The notes: a model not told the origin generated them from the letters alone. Positions 1 through 11,187 are shown, counted from the first letter of the stretch. The stretch: DNA of 64,000 nt from an uncultured archaeon (GCA_964430885.1 CAYSHM010000007.1:67623-131622); one strand, 5' to 3'. Numbers and translations are program-made.

Positions 1-2
1 AC

Positions 3-2768
3 GGAACCTTTGTTGATGTTGCCCCGGCAAAGGGCGTTGCAGACGGGATCCCGGATTATTCCAACAATCCCGACCCCTATGACAGGGCGGGCCACAGCGT
101 AGGTTCCATATGGGGTGATTTTGACCAGGACAATGATATGGATCTTTGGGTGACAAATCTCAATCACAAGGATTTCAGGACATCCGACGATTCCCTTCTC
201 TATGAAAATCAGGGGGCACCCCTTTTCGAGTTCCGCAATGTCAGGGGAGACAAGGGCATACCTGTTAAACCCTACATCGCTCCTAACCAGGGTGACGAAC
301 TCTTCGTGGGCTGCGCCTGGGATGACATGGATAATGACGGGTCCCTCGATCTTTTTCTGCCTCAGGTATACGACGAGGTCAATTATGCCTATTCATTTCT
401 TTACAAGGGTGGTGACCAAGGCACCTTTACAGATATTACGGAAGAGGCAGGGGTAAGGGTTTGGAATACCTATGCGTCATCCTGGTGCGACTACAACAAT
501 GACGGAATGATGGACCTTCTTACCGCAGGAAAATATCCATTTCAGAACGGCAGTTATGAGATAAGACTGTTCAGGAACAACCTTGAGAACACCAACAAGT
601 GGCTGGGGGTGAACCTTCAGGGTACTGATCATAATACCAAGGGAATTGGTGCAATGGTCTCGGTGAGAACAACCGGAAAGGAGTTCTCTAAACAGGTGGA
701 AGCGGGAATGGGCGCTCACGGACAGCAGAATCCATTCACACTCCATTTCGGTCTGGGTGATAACCAGGGTCCAGTGGACCTGACCGTAACCTGGGGGCCA
801 GGTAAGATCCAGAACCTTACCGGGATAGAACTTAACCAGATCGTAAACATAACTGAACCTCTGGACCTGCCGGATCTGGCGGTCAGGGATATAATTCCTT
901 CTAGGATAAGCCCAATAATAGGGGAAAACATCACAATCCAATGCAGGATCATGAATATGGGTGCAAAGACCATCGAGAAGGGGAATTTCAGTCTGTATCT
1001 GGACAATATTGACCCTGAGAACACTATTGGAAGCACGATCATCATCAGTGACCTGGACACCATGGACAGCAGAATCCTGGAATTTTTTCTTAATACCTCA
1101 GGGATTGAGGATGAACATGAGCTTATTGCCGAGGTGAAGGATATTGTTCCCGAGGATTCAAAGGCTGAGAACAACATCAAGAGCCAGACCATCGACATCA
1201 GGGAGAAAAACCTACCCCCGGTTCCTGTGCTGAATTTGGACACTTATGAGATAATGATCCAGGAATCCCTCGATTTGGATGCTTCAGATTCAAGTGATGA
1301 TGAGATGATAACCCACTATGATTTCGATTTCGGGGACGGCAACAGCACAGGCTGGATCATTTCGCCGACCGTCCAGCATACATTTATTTACCCTGGTACA
1401 TTTACCATTTCCCTGAATGTGATGGACGGAGACGAAGAAGCTGCCAGATCTCCAGTTACCCAGGATATCGTTGTTACAGCTCCTGAGAACATGAAACCTT
1501 CTGCTTCAATAGTTTCAATAGAACCCCAAATCGCAAGGCAGGGAATCGATAGTGTGGTATTCCATGGTGAAGGTACTGATGAGGATGGAGTTATTGTTGA
1601 TCTCATATGGCGCTCAAGCCTTGACGGAACGCTGTCCCATGACGAAAAATTCCAGCTCAAGGCAGAAGAATTAACACCTGGAAAGCATGACATCTACCTC
1701 AGGGTAAAGGATGACAGAGAAAGCTGGTCGGACGAATCTCACGCCATGGTAGAGATACGGCCTCCAAACATGATGCCCACGGCATTTATCGATCTCATTT
1801 ATCCCAATCCTTCAAAGTTAGGGGGAAGGGTGGAATTCAGGGGTCACGGAGAGGACAGGGACGGAGCAGTGATCAGCCATATTTGGACCTCCGATATGGA
1901 CGGGCTGCTCTATAATGGAACTGAATTCTTCACATCAGCATTATCCTCGGGCAAACACAACATAAGTCTGGCGGTGGTAGATGACATGGGAAGTGTATCA
2001 GAACCGGCTGTTACCTCACTTACCGTGGGCGGACCAAACCTGGCACCTACCTGCAGGATACTTCTCATTGAACCCATACCTGCATATATCAGAGAAGAAA
2101 CCTACTTCTATGCCGAGGGCGAGGATGCTGACGGTGGGATTAGCCAATTCATTTGGACCTCCAACCTTGACGGCTATCTGGGCCAGGGTGAGAGCCTGAT
2201 CCTTGAAAAAGGTCTATCTTTGGGTACTCATATAATATCCCTCAAGGCCTTGGATGACGGGGGACTTGAAAGCTCCGGTGATTCCATGGAATTGGAAGTG
2301 ATAAAAAGGAACATCAAACCAGCACTGGAGTTTCTGAAAAGCAGTGATTCCAATGAGGATCCAGGTACGGTTAGCCGAATTGCAGATTTCTCGGGATTGA
2401 TCGTGGATGATCATACCAATCCAGTCACACTTCAGTTGAAGATAGGGGGTGGGAAGTGGCATACACTCGATGAAGATGAGGTCATCTGGACAATGCTTGA
2501 TGAGGATACAAAAAGATGGATCGCTGAGATCGATGTTTCCGAGCTAGATAATGGAGCTTACCTCTTTCAGTTCAGGTGCAGCGATGGCCTTCACCTTTCG
2601 AACATAATCAAGACCCAGGTATATGTAGAGCGCTCAACAGACAATGGCAGAGCTGAAGAGGAAACAATAATTGAACCCACAGTTTTTCTAATCATACTAG
2701 GAGTTATTGTTCTTGCCCTAATAATAGGTATTTCAATAATTTTAAGGCGGCCAAAGAATAAAAAGTGA
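3..2768 (+). CDS. Surface protein, 5'-truncated: FG-GAP/CRTAC1-like repeats + ASPIC/UnbV domain + CARDB + PKD/Ig repeats + C-terminal TM anchor
   Basis: The frame is open from the window edge (GTFVDVAP...WGDFDQDNDMDLWVTN). Repeated WxDxDNDGxxDL motifs; ASPIC-like 'GIGAMVSV...LHFGLG...VTW'; CARDB 'PDLAV...E..AENN'; PKD 'FDFGDG..TGW'; hydrophobic C-terminal helix followed by RRPKNKK. Confidence 0.85.
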   Translation, partial: GTFVDVAPAKGVADGIPDYSNNPDPYDRAGHSVGSIWGDFDQDNDMDLWVTNLNHKDFRTSDDSLLYENQGAPLFEFRNVRGDKGIPVKPYIAPNQGDELFVGCAWDDMDNDGSLDLFLPQVYDEVNYAYSFLYKGGDQGTFTDITEEAGVRVWNTYASSWCDYNNDGMMDLLTAGKYPFQNGSYEIRLFRNNLENTNKWLGVNLQGTDHNTKGIGAMVSVRTTGKEFSKQVEAGMGAHGQQNPFTLHFGLGDNQGPVDLTVTWGPGKIQNLTGIELNQIVNITEPLDLPDLAVRDIIPSRISPIIGENITIQCRIMNMGAKTIEKGNFSLYLDNIDPENTIGSTIIISDLDTMDSRILEFFLNTSGIEDEHELIAEVKDIVPEDSKAENNIKSQTIDIREKNLPPVPVLNLDTYEIMIQESLDLDASDSSDDEMITHYDFDFGDGNSTGWIISPTVQHTFIYPGTFTISLNVMDGDEEAARSPVTQDIVVTAPENMKPSASIVSIEPQIARQGIDSVVFHGEGTDEDGVIVDLIWRSSLDGTLSHDEKFQLKAEELTPGKHDIYLRVKDDRESWSDESHAMVEIRPPNMMPTAFIDLIYPNPSKLGGRVEFRGHGEDRDGAVISHIWTSDMDGLLYNGTEFFTSALSSGKHNISLAVVDDMGSVSEPAVTSLTVGGPNLAPTCRILLIEPIPAYIREETYFYAEGEDADGGISQFIWTSNLDGYLGQGESLILEKGLSLGTHIISLKALDDGGLESSGDSMELEVIKRNIKPALEFLKSSDSNEDPGTVSRIADFSGLIVDDHTNPVTLQLKIGGGKWHTLDEDEVIWTMLDEDTKRWIAEIDVSELDNGAYLFQFRCSDGLHLSNIIKTQVYVERSTDNGRAEEETIIEPTVFLIILGVIVLALIIGISIILRRPKNKK

Positions 2769-2893
2769 TGGTTATTTGACTGCAGGGTAGTTCTGAAGGA
2801 ATGAAAAACACTATGATCTTCGCTTAGGAATATTGAATTATTGTTCCTGGATTCTTAGTTATTTGTTATTGATACTTCTTATGATCACAAGTA

Positions 2894-5800
2894 TCACTTT
2901 CTGTTTATTAGAGACATCTTCTCCTCTATGAAATGAACGCCTACACCCCTGGACTTCTGGTATTCAACCCGTTCCTTGAGATTTGCCAGAGCCTTTCGGT
3001 GTTTTTGCCTTTTCAATAAAAGCATCAGTACAAGTACTATTAATAATAGGATAAATGAAACAATCAGGGATAAATAAACGGCCCCGACACCTGAAAGATC
3101 CCAGATTGGGTGATTCACCCCAATATTAACCTGTTCTTCAGCATGAATAATACCTCTTGAATCAAATATTTTCAGAGTAATATTATGCTCATCAGACTCT
3201 GCTTCCCACTGGAATTGAGTACTTATATTTGCAGAAGGCGGAATATGATAGAAAAAGAATTCGTTCAGGACAGTACCGTCCACTTCCGCTAAAATGGTGA
3301 TATTGTTAATAGGTACCTGTGAAGGGTTTTCCAACCAAACCCCGATCTCTACCAAATCTCCAACCACCGGATCACTAGGTGTTACCACAAAATAACCTAT
3401 TTTTATTAAAGGTTCTATCACCCATATCATCACGTTGGTATACTCGGACCAATCCCCATTGTCATCCATTACCCTGAATTCAATGGAATGCTTGCCCGGG
3501 CTCAATCCCAAACCGCGGTCTATTTTCAATGTACTATTGCTGCCCAGCGGACCGTCGATGGAGGAAAACCACTGGTATTCAGTTACAATTCCGTCAATAT
3601 CCGTACCGAGACCCTTTAATATAACGTCATTTTCACCATTAAACAAGGAAGAAGAAGGGAGTATGGAAGATCTAGGCGGATCATTCACTGATTCAACTAT
3701 TAGATCAATTGACATGAATCCCATACCCATTAATGGGTCAACTGCTGTGAGATTGAAAGTCTGATATCCGTACCAGTTAGGAGATGGTGTTAGTCTAAAG
3801 GTCCCGTTGCCAAGATACTTGTAGGCAATATTCGCAGAAATACCCGTGATAAAGCAGTTTATCTCTTTATCAATATGATCCAGGTCTCCGAATAATTCGG
3901 TTGTGTTGATGAGTGCTGACGAATCTTCAGGTATTCTTAGTTCAAAGCTAGTGTTCAAAGGTTCTGGCGGGTCGTTTACCGATATAACGGAAACCCTTAC
4001 ATCCATCTCATCGAAAAATAATGGATTCTCCTTTTCCGATACCCTGATTTTCACATTGAGGTCTCCAAAATAATCTTCCGGAGGATTCAGAATTAAAAAA
4101 TCCGTACTGGGGTCTATTTGGGATGTGATTTCCAGGTCAGGATCATCAGGGTCCTCGGCGGTTATTTCTAAAAGCAGTTCGTCATCCTCAGCATCCTTCA
4201 CCCTACCGAATATGCTGCCTGGAAATATTATTTCGTCCCCTTCGTAAACTGCTATATTCTCGTAGGGGCTGAACCACCAGGGAGGATCGTTCACTTCAAT
4301 TACATTGACACTGAAAATGCTTGAAAGGGTTGGGAGGTCGAAACCGTTGACGTACCTGATCCTGATTTCTGTTTTCCCCGAATAATTATCCGCTAGATCA
4401 AATACTGATAGATTTGTGTCTACCAGAAGTATGGAAAGATTCCCTTCAGGTATTTCTGCAACAAGCTGGATCTCATAACCCAATGATTCAGAGTAATCAT
4501 CTACTATGTAATGTGAAAGATCCATCTCTTTTTTTCCCGGATCATCCTCAAGAATATCAATATCCGGTATAGGTCCTTTGAATGACGGATACCTTCCCCT
4601 CCATCCTATTCCCCAGGAACCTAAAACAGGCAGGTCACCCTGATCCGGTCTGAACTCTGCTCTCAATCTCACGCTGGAAAGGGAATCATTTATGAATTCC
4701 GTGATGTTGATACTGCTGTTTCCCAGGAGATCAAGGTTTCCGATGGTCGCATTCGTCCGAGGGTCCAGAACCGATGTCAGTATCCTGCTTTCACCGGGCT
4801 CTTCCTTTTCCAGGAATACAGTGTAATTGGCCATCTTCTCCGGCAGGACTATCTCCCTGCTCAGGACATACGGGAACTGTATATAGTTCTGAGTTTCAGG
4901 ACCAATCTCGACCTCGGGTGCACCTGTGGAAAATCTCCTAACTCTTGGAGTGGAATATAGATTCTTGCCGAAATAACCGCTTCCAAGATAGAATCGGGAT
5001 GCCACACCACCGGGACTTGTCCATGAGGCGCGAAGTATATCATTGAAGTAAAGCTCATGAGTGGTTCCGTTATAGGTCAATCTGAAATCGTACCATGTAT
5101 TGTCATTCCAAGGGAAAGGCTGAAGGCCCGAACCACCGATGTAACAGATATGATTTCCCTGGTGGTGCCTGAATACTCCAGTAGCAGCAGAGGAGCCGAA
5201 AGCGCATAGATGCCAGGTTTGATAAAGGTTATTTCCATAAGCATTATTGGACATCACTCTCCCTTCGAAGATCCATTTATTCATGGGAGAAACATCCCTG
5301 TATATTCTGGATCGACCCCCATGCGGCGGGTCCTGAGCCCAGTTGGGGACATACTGCCAGAATACATTGCCCAATCCCTGAATGTTCTCCATTCCGAACT
5401 GGTACTGACCCTCGGCGTCTAGATACCAACCGCCGGGAACACATCCCTGTCCGCAGTTATCATTCTCAAAATCATCGAAAAGGACGAACACATCTTCTCC
5501 TGAAGCCGCGGGATCCGCTTCCGGATTGCCGTAGAACATGTTCACCTTTATGACCCCCGATCCATTTCCTGGAAGGGATAGATTCAGCCAAACCCTGCTT
5601 GAAGCCCCTATATTCCAGGTCTCCACCCAGTAAGGTACCATACTGCCGTTCTCATGGCAGAACCGCAGGTCAGCACCATTATTCTGGGTAAGACGGTGAT
5701 CAAAATCATCGCCTTTGAGTTCCAATAGGACCTGATGGTTCATTAAGGGCGGGCCGGAATAATTGAAGGTTAAAACCCTTTTGAACTGCCAGCCGGTACT

Positions 5801-6127
5801 GTGTAGATTGTTGTCCGATAAGGTCAGTCTATGCATGGTATCAATATCATCAGCATCCTCGAACCCGTCAAACCAAAGAGCATGAAACGGTGGCGAGTCA
5901 CGTACAGCGCTTGGGGAGATAAGGTTGGAATAGGTTCCCACTCCATTCCGATCTTTCTCAGAAGAGACCCTTAAAGGACTTGATAGATGAAGGGCCTGGT
6001 GCTCCGGCCTCAATTGGTGCAGCAAGGGGTAAGGCAGCATATTGAGCATTAAAAGTGATACCAATAAAATGGTTGTGAAGAAAAGGAAACAACTATCTTT
6101 TTTCCGCTTGCACCACAAGACTATCAC
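2894..6127 (-). CDS. Surface protein: DUF2341 domain + lectin-like beta-sandwich + cadherin-like (VNDPP) repeats + CARDB + TM anchor
   Basis: DUF2341-like 'GWQFKRVLT...DLRF...YWVETW...VWL...MFYGNP...FVLFDDFE'; three VNDPP repeat ends; N-terminal hydrophobic segment and C-terminal TM followed by KRQKHRK. The start may be TTG at 6118, after GAGGTGA. Confidence 0.75.
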   Translation of the reverse strand: MIVLWCKRKKDSCFLFFTTILLVSLLMLNMLPYPLLHQLRPEHQALHLSSPLRVSSEKDRNGVGTYSNLISPSAVRDSPPFHALWFDGFEDADDIDTMHRLTLSDNNLHSTGWQFKRVLTFNYSGPPLMNHQVLLELKGDDFDHRLTQNNGADLRFCHENGSMVPYWVETWNIGASSRVWLNLSLPGNGSGVIKVNMFYGNPEADPAASGEDVFVLFDDFENDNCGQGCVPGGWYLDAEGQYQFGMENIQGLGNVFWQYVPNWAQDPPHGGRSRIYRDVSPMNKWIFEGRVMSNNAYGNNLYQTWHLCAFGSSAATGVFRHHQGNHICYIGGSGLQPFPWNDNTWYDFRLTYNGTTHELYFNDILRASWTSPGGVASRFYLGSGYFGKNLYSTPRVRRFSTGAPEVEIGPETQNYIQFPYVLSREIVLPEKMANYTVFLEKEEPGESRILTSVLDPRTNATIGNLDLLGNSSINITEFINDSLSSVRLRAEFRPDQGDLPVLGSWGIGWRGRYPSFKGPIPDIDILEDDPGKKEMDLSHYIVDDYSESLGYEIQLVAEIPEGNLSILLVDTNLSVFDLADNYSGKTEIRIRYVNGFDLPTLSSIFSVNVIEVNDPPWWFSPYENIAVYEGDEIIFPGSIFGRVKDAEDDELLLEITAEDPDDPDLEITSQIDPSTDFLILNPPEDYFGDLNVKIRVSEKENPLFFDEMDVRVSVISVNDPPEPLNTSFELRIPEDSSALINTTELFGDLDHIDKEINCFITGISANIAYKYLGNGTFRLTPSPNWYGYQTFNLTAVDPLMGMGFMSIDLIVESVNDPPRSSILPSSSLFNGENDVILKGLGTDIDGIVTEYQWFSSIDGPLGSNSTLKIDRGLGLSPGKHSIEFRVMDDNGDWSEYTNVMIWVIEPLIKIGYFVVTPSDPVVGDLVEIGVWLENPSQVPINNITILAEVDGTVLNEFFFYHIPPSANISTQFQWEAESDEHNITLKIFDSRGIIHAEEQVNIGVNHPIWDLSGVGAVYLSLIVSFILLLIVLVLMLLLKRQKHRKALANLKERVEYQKSRGVGVHFIEEKMSLINRK

Positions 6128-6539
6128 CTCAGATACTGATCAGGCCCTTTCCTAAAAAAATACTTAAAATATACTTCGGTCTGAAATCATCGAATAGTGT
6201 ATATGAAACAGATCCGGCAGAATGGATCAATTTGAAGTAAAACCAATTATGAAAATGAACTTCACTACTTATAATGTACCCCGTCACATTGAGCTCTGAG
6301 AATAAAAATCAATCTATCCAATCTGTTACCGCAGGTCAGCACCATAAGCCTGGATCAAATCGAAGTCATATTTTTCACTCGGACTACTTCAAAAAAGCTA
6401 ATTTTTTGTGAGCTGTTTCCTAAAAATAAAATATCATGTTATTATTAGGGAGAAAAAATCGTTTGTTCTTCAGCTTGATTGAACATATGAGTAAATCAGA
6501 CATAGAAAATCTAACATAGATATCTAATGAGGTTTTAAG

Positions 6540-8216
6540 ATGGTTAACCGAGAACTCAGCTATCATTTCACGAATTCGGAAGACCCCCTATTGTGGTGCA
6601 CTACAGGGGAGCTATTGATGGAACAGAGGGACAGATTCCCGGACAATGAAGCCCTGGTATCATGGACCGGTGGGAGATACACTTACAAGGAATTCTATGA
6701 TGTGTGCCTGAACACTGCAAAGGCATTCATGAGCATTGGGTTGGAAAAGGGCAGTAAGATCGCTGTCTGGGCTACCAATTACCCCCAATGGGTCATATCC
6801 CAGTTTGCCTCGGCAATGATAGGAGCGGTCCTTATCCCTATCAATCCCGCATTCAGGGAGCACGAGATGGAATATGTTCTCAAGGATTCTGCTGCGAACA
6901 CTCTTGTACTCATAGAGAGATTCAAGTATTCAGAATATCCTGAAATGCTTTACAACGTATGTCCAGAACTGAAAACTGCCGAACCGGGCAACCTACATTC
7001 AGAGAAACTGCCGCATCTTCGAAATGTGATAATACTCAAGGATGAGTCTCTTCCCGGTATGATGACATGGGATGAGATGTGTAACAAATCAATCCGCGTC
7101 TCGGATGAGGATTACCTGAAAAGATGCGATATGCTCGATCCCGATGATGTCATCAACACCCAGTATACCTCGGGAACCACCGGATTCCCCAAGGGAGCCC
7201 AGTTATCCCATTTCAATATCATTAACAACGGACATCTGATAGCAAAGAATCTGAAATTCACTCCGGCGGACCGACTCTGCATCCCTGTTCCATTCTATCA
7301 CTGTTTCGGCATGGTCCTATCAAATCTGGTATGTGTTACCAGCGGTGCAACAATGGTGGTTCCAGGGGAATATTTCGAAGTGATACCCACACTGAAAGCG
7401 GTTTCGAATGAAAAATGCACCGCCCTTCATGGTGTACCAACCATGTTCATAGCTGAACTCCAGCATCCTGATTTCGATAAGTATAATTATGACAGCCTTA
7501 GAACAGGCATAATGGCCGGTGCCCCATGCCCCATAGAGGTTATGAAAAAGGTAATGGACAAGATGGGAATGACCGAGATAACCATATGTTACGGTCTGAC
7601 AGAATGTTCACCTGTGACCAACCAGACAATGACCGACGATCCTGTGGACCTGCGAGTTGAGACCGTAGGCAAACCCATACAGCATACCCAAATAAAGATA
7701 ATAGACCCTGGATCCCAGAAGGTCCTCCCAGTCGGTGAACAGGGAGAGCTGTGCTGCAGGGGGCCTCAGGTCATGCGGGGTTATCTGAACAAACCACAGG
7801 AGACCGCCGAGACAATTGAAGCAAGCGGATGGCTCCATACAGGGGATCTTGCCATAATGGATGAAAACGGATACTGCAAGATAACCGGCAGGATCAAGGA
7901 CATGATAATTCGAGGTGGGGAGAACATCTATCCAAGGGAAATAGAAGAATTCCTTCATACCCACCCCAAGATAGAGGACAATTATGTATTTGGTATTCCA
8001 GATGAAAAATACGGTGAAGAGATCGCTACTTGGATTAAACTCAAGGGAGACGCTACAGTCACCGTTGAAGAGATCAGGGAATTCTGCAAGAGCAAGATTG
8101 CTCATCAGAAATGGCCGCGATACATCAAATTTGTAGATGAATTCCCCATGACAGTGACAGGAAAGGTCCAGAAATTCGAGATGAGGAAAGCATATTCAAA
8201 GGAATTAGGCCTTTAG
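6540..8216 (+). CDS. AMP-dependent acyl-CoA synthetase (long/medium-chain fatty acid-CoA ligase family)
   Basis: YTSGTTGFPKG, YGLTE, GWLHTGDL, GRIKDMIIRGGENIYPREIE and TGKVQK adenylate-forming motifs. Confidence 0.93.
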   Translation: MVNRELSYHFTNSEDPLLWCTTGELLMEQRDRFPDNEALVSWTGGRYTYKEFYDVCLNTAKAFMSIGLEKGSKIAVWATNYPQWVISQFASAMIGAVLIPINPAFREHEMEYVLKDSAANTLVLIERFKYSEYPEMLYNVCPELKTAEPGNLHSEKLPHLRNVIILKDESLPGMMTWDEMCNKSIRVSDEDYLKRCDMLDPDDVINTQYTSGTTGFPKGAQLSHFNIINNGHLIAKNLKFTPADRLCIPVPFYHCFGMVLSNLVCVTSGATMVVPGEYFEVIPTLKAVSNEKCTALHGVPTMFIAELQHPDFDKYNYDSLRTGIMAGAPCPIEVMKKVMDKMGMTEITICYGLTECSPVTNQTMTDDPVDLRVETVGKPIQHTQIKIIDPGSQKVLPVGEQGELCCRGPQVMRGYLNKPQETAETIEASGWLHTGDLAIMDENGYCKITGRIKDMIIRGGENIYPREIEEFLHTHPKIEDNYVFGIPDEKYGEEIATWIKLKGDATVTVEEIREFCKSKIAHQKWPRYIKFVDEFPMTVTGKVQKFEMRKAYSKELGL

Positions 8217-8222
8217 ACCGAT

Positions 8223-9488
8223 TCATATACTGGAAAGCGCTTCAACCATTTTTACAGCTGAGACCATCTCTTTAACATCGTGTACCCTTATGATATCCGC
8301 TCCGTTCATGGCACAGTGTGTTGTAACTGCAACACTTGGGCTCAATCTCTCACCAACAGGAAGTTCAGTTATCTGTCCTATGAACCCCTTTCTAGAAGGA
8401 CCTAATAACAACGGGAAGCCTAGAGAGGATAAGGATGCGGGATATCTCAGTATCTCTAGGTTATCACTGAGCCGTTTTCCGAATCCTATCCCGGGATCGA
8501 TGATGATATTTTCCTGTTTTATACCTGCCTCCAAAGCGCTTTCGGTCCGGTTCTTTAAAAACAGGATGATCTCCCTGACAGTGTCGGAATAAACCGGGTT
8601 ATCCTGCATGTCCAAGGGCGTTCCCTTCATATGCATAAGCACCACCCCTGCATCATAACGGGCGATGATCTTTGCCATATTCTCATTATATCCAAGGGCG
8701 TAAACATCATTAATTATGTGTGCGCCGGCCTTCAAGGCCGCCTCTGCAACAACTGATTTATAGGTATCCACAGATATCAGTACATCGGTTTTTTCAAGAA
8801 GTTCTTCGACTACAGGTAGCACCCTAGCCATTTCCACCTCCGGAGAAACTGGTAAGGCGTAAGGCCTGGTGGATTCACCGCCTATATCCAATATGTCAGC
8901 TCCTTCCTCGGCCATACGGACTCCTGCAGCCACCGCCGACTCGGTTGAATAATTCAAGCCACCATCAGAAAATGAGTCGGGAGTGACATTTATAATTCCC
9001 ATTATTCTAACAGGAGGAAAATTCAGGGATCTCCCGCGGGCATTAAAGGTCCGGGTCTCATTGGATCCTGTCAGATTGCAAGAGATCTTATCGGCAATAT
9101 CCGCCAGTCCAAAGGGCTGGAGTTTCAGTTTTTTAATTAAACGTTTGAATTGGACCATTGTCCCTGCCAGTACCACATCTCCCTTGTCATCAAGGTCCAC
9201 CAAAGCACTTCTGCTTATTCCCGCCTCACCCCCAATAGAAAGCATGTTCTGTTTCAGGATCAGTGCCGCACGGGAATTCACATTCAATACCTTAAAGACC
9301 TTGTGGACGTATTTTTCCCTCATTATGTCAATGCCCTTGCAGCTGCATCCTACTTCTTCCAAATATCTCTCCGACCATGAACTTTTAACGGGATTCAGAG
9401 GATAAACCGCAAAGGGATCAGGGGTTTCAGAAACACAACTATCCACCTGAAATACCGAACTGCATTCACAATTTTCCTTCTCTTTCAT
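8223..9488 (-). CDS. folP: Dihydropteroate synthase with N-terminal extension
   Basis: MGIINVTPDSFSDGG, DIGGESTRP, SVDTYK, IINDV, LMHMKGTP, DPGIGFGK, SRKGFIG, IIRVHDV. Confidence 0.95.
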   Translation of the reverse strand: MKEKENCECSSVFQVDSCVSETPDPFAVYPLNPVKSSWSERYLEEVGCSCKGIDIMREKYVHKVFKVLNVNSRAALILKQNMLSIGGEAGISRSALVDLDDKGDVVLAGTMVQFKRLIKKLKLQPFGLADIADKISCNLTGSNETRTFNARGRSLNFPPVRIMGIINVTPDSFSDGGLNYSTESAVAAGVRMAEEGADILDIGGESTRPYALPVSPEVEMARVLPVVEELLEKTDVLISVDTYKSVVAEAALKAGAHIINDVYALGYNENMAKIIARYDAGVVLMHMKGTPLDMQDNPVYSDTVREIILFLKNRTESALEAGIKQENIIIDPGIGFGKRLSDNLEILRYPASLSSLGFPLLLGPSRKGFIGQITELPVGERLSPSVAVTTHCAMNGADIIRVHDVKEMVSAVKMVEALSSI

Positions 9489-9531
9489 AATAACACTCGT
9501 ATAGCTGAATATATTAAAAATTATCGGATTT

Positions 9532-11187
9532 TTATTTTTTAAGGTTCGAATAACCTAGGTCAATGATCAAATACTTTTTCAAGTACTCAATATAAATGGA
9601 CATTGTGTAAATGGACCCCGTGACCAGCAGAATATCCTCATCCATGGTATTGGACACGGCTGATTCTATACACCTTGCCGGATCCTTATAGATGTTAATG
9701 TTACGGACCTTTGCATCCGGGCCTTTCTTCCCCTGCTTTCTCAGAAGTGTATATTCATCGAATTTTTTTCTGAAAGCCAAATCCGCCCGCCCGCACAGCT
9801 CTTTTACGGTCACACTCCGGGGAATCGGTGTCTCGGATGCGTATATGTTGTTCCCGAAACCCAGCATGGTCTCCAGCATGAACTCGATATCCTTATCTGC
9901 CATGAACCCGCAAACGATGTTAACATTTCTCTGGATGTGGGTTCCTTGAGGCCGCTCTGCTTCTCTATATCCACTGATTATTCCTTTCATACCATTACCC
10001 AAGGCCGATATTCCGGCAGGATTATGCGCGCAGTCCAGTATGATCAAGGGCTTTAGCGATACAATCATGAACCTAAAGGGTATCTTTATAGAATCCAATG
10101 TTTTCTTGGTAAATGAGCGGGCAATATTCCAACCGGTCAGTTTACTCAAGAATATCAGGGACATAAAGGCCAATGAGACATTGTACATCTGATATCTCGG
10201 ACCGTTGATATGGAATTTTTCAACATGAAGCATTTGATCTGCGTTTTCGGTTATACCTGAACCTCCAAGGGCATTGTCATTTTTAGTGAAGCCATCATTG
10301 ATAATATCGCCCACGGATTTACTGGAAATGGGCGGGGGGCATTCGCCAGATAAGGGATTGGAACTACCGGCTCCGAAAAGATGATGTGAAAAAGAAGGAG
10401 AAATTAACAGGTCGAACTCGGTCTCCAAACCCGAGGTGCTGCGAAGTTCGGTAGAGAAATCCCTGTCCCTAAGGAGCAGTGGATATCCTTTCTTTCGGCA
10501 GTGATTCTCCATATATGCGTAAACACTGGAATCGGAAGTTTGGCCTATGATGGTCAATCCCTTCTTCCTGCAGATTCCCAGCTTGTTATCAGCTATCATC
10601 TCAAGGGCGGATCCAAGGTATTTTTCATGATCCATATCGATATTGGTAATCACCGACATGATGGGTTCCAGTATATTTGTGGCATCATATATTCCACCCA
10701 GACCAACTTCTACAACAGCAATATCAACATCGTTTCTGAAGAAATACAGGAAGGCAGCGGCCGTTAGTTTCTCGAAGGACGAGGGCGAAATGCCTAAATG
10801 GTGCGACATTTCATCGATCTGGTTCAATAGTTCGTTCAGATCTAATAAGGATATGTTCTTGCCATTGACGGATATCCTCTCGGTGATGGATTCTACATGG
10901 GGTGAGAAATAGCTTCCGCATTTTATACCTGATGCTCTAAGACCTGCAGATATGTAATGGACTGTGGAACCTTTACCATTGGTCCCCCCTACAAGGATAG
11001 AAGGATATTTCGATTGAGGATTCATAAAACCCTTCATCAGCACATAGATCCGGTCCAGTGTAAGATCGTAATCAGTAGATGAAGCAATATCCAATCGGGA
11101 AAGGGTTCTTTCCTCCAGCGCAGCGTCTTCTGCAGGATCGCCATCAATTTCAAGTGCAATTCCCCGTTGATCTGGTGTTATTATCAT
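9532..11187 (-). CDS. folC: Folylpolyglutamate synthase / dihydrofolate synthase
   Basis: GTNGKGST P-loop, SPH, FEKLTA, EVGLGG..DATN, ITNI.MDH..YLG, LDCAHNPAG, VTGSIY; adjacent to folP. Confidence 0.93.
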   Translation of the reverse strand: MIITPDQRGIALEIDGDPAEDAALEERTLSRLDIASSTDYDLTLDRIYVLMKGFMNPQSKYPSILVGGTNGKGSTVHYISAGLRASGIKCGSYFSPHVESITERISVNGKNISLLDLNELLNQIDEMSHHLGISPSSFEKLTAAAFLYFFRNDVDIAVVEVGLGGIYDATNILEPIMSVITNIDMDHEKYLGSALEMIADNKLGICRKKGLTIIGQTSDSSVYAYMENHCRKKGYPLLLRDRDFSTELRSTSGLETEFDLLISPSFSHHLFGAGSSNPLSGECPPPISSKSVGDIINDGFTKNDNALGGSGITENADQMLHVEKFHINGPRYQMYNVSLAFMSLIFLSKLTGWNIARSFTKKTLDSIKIPFRFMIVSLKPLIILDCAHNPAGISALGNGMKGIISGYREAERPQGTHIQRNVNIVCGFMADKDIEFMLETMLGFGNNIYASETPIPRSVTVKELCGRADLAFRKKFDEYTLLRKQGKKGPDAKVRNINIYKDPARCIESAVSNTMDEDILLVTGSIYTMSIYIEYLKKYLIIDLGYSNLKK

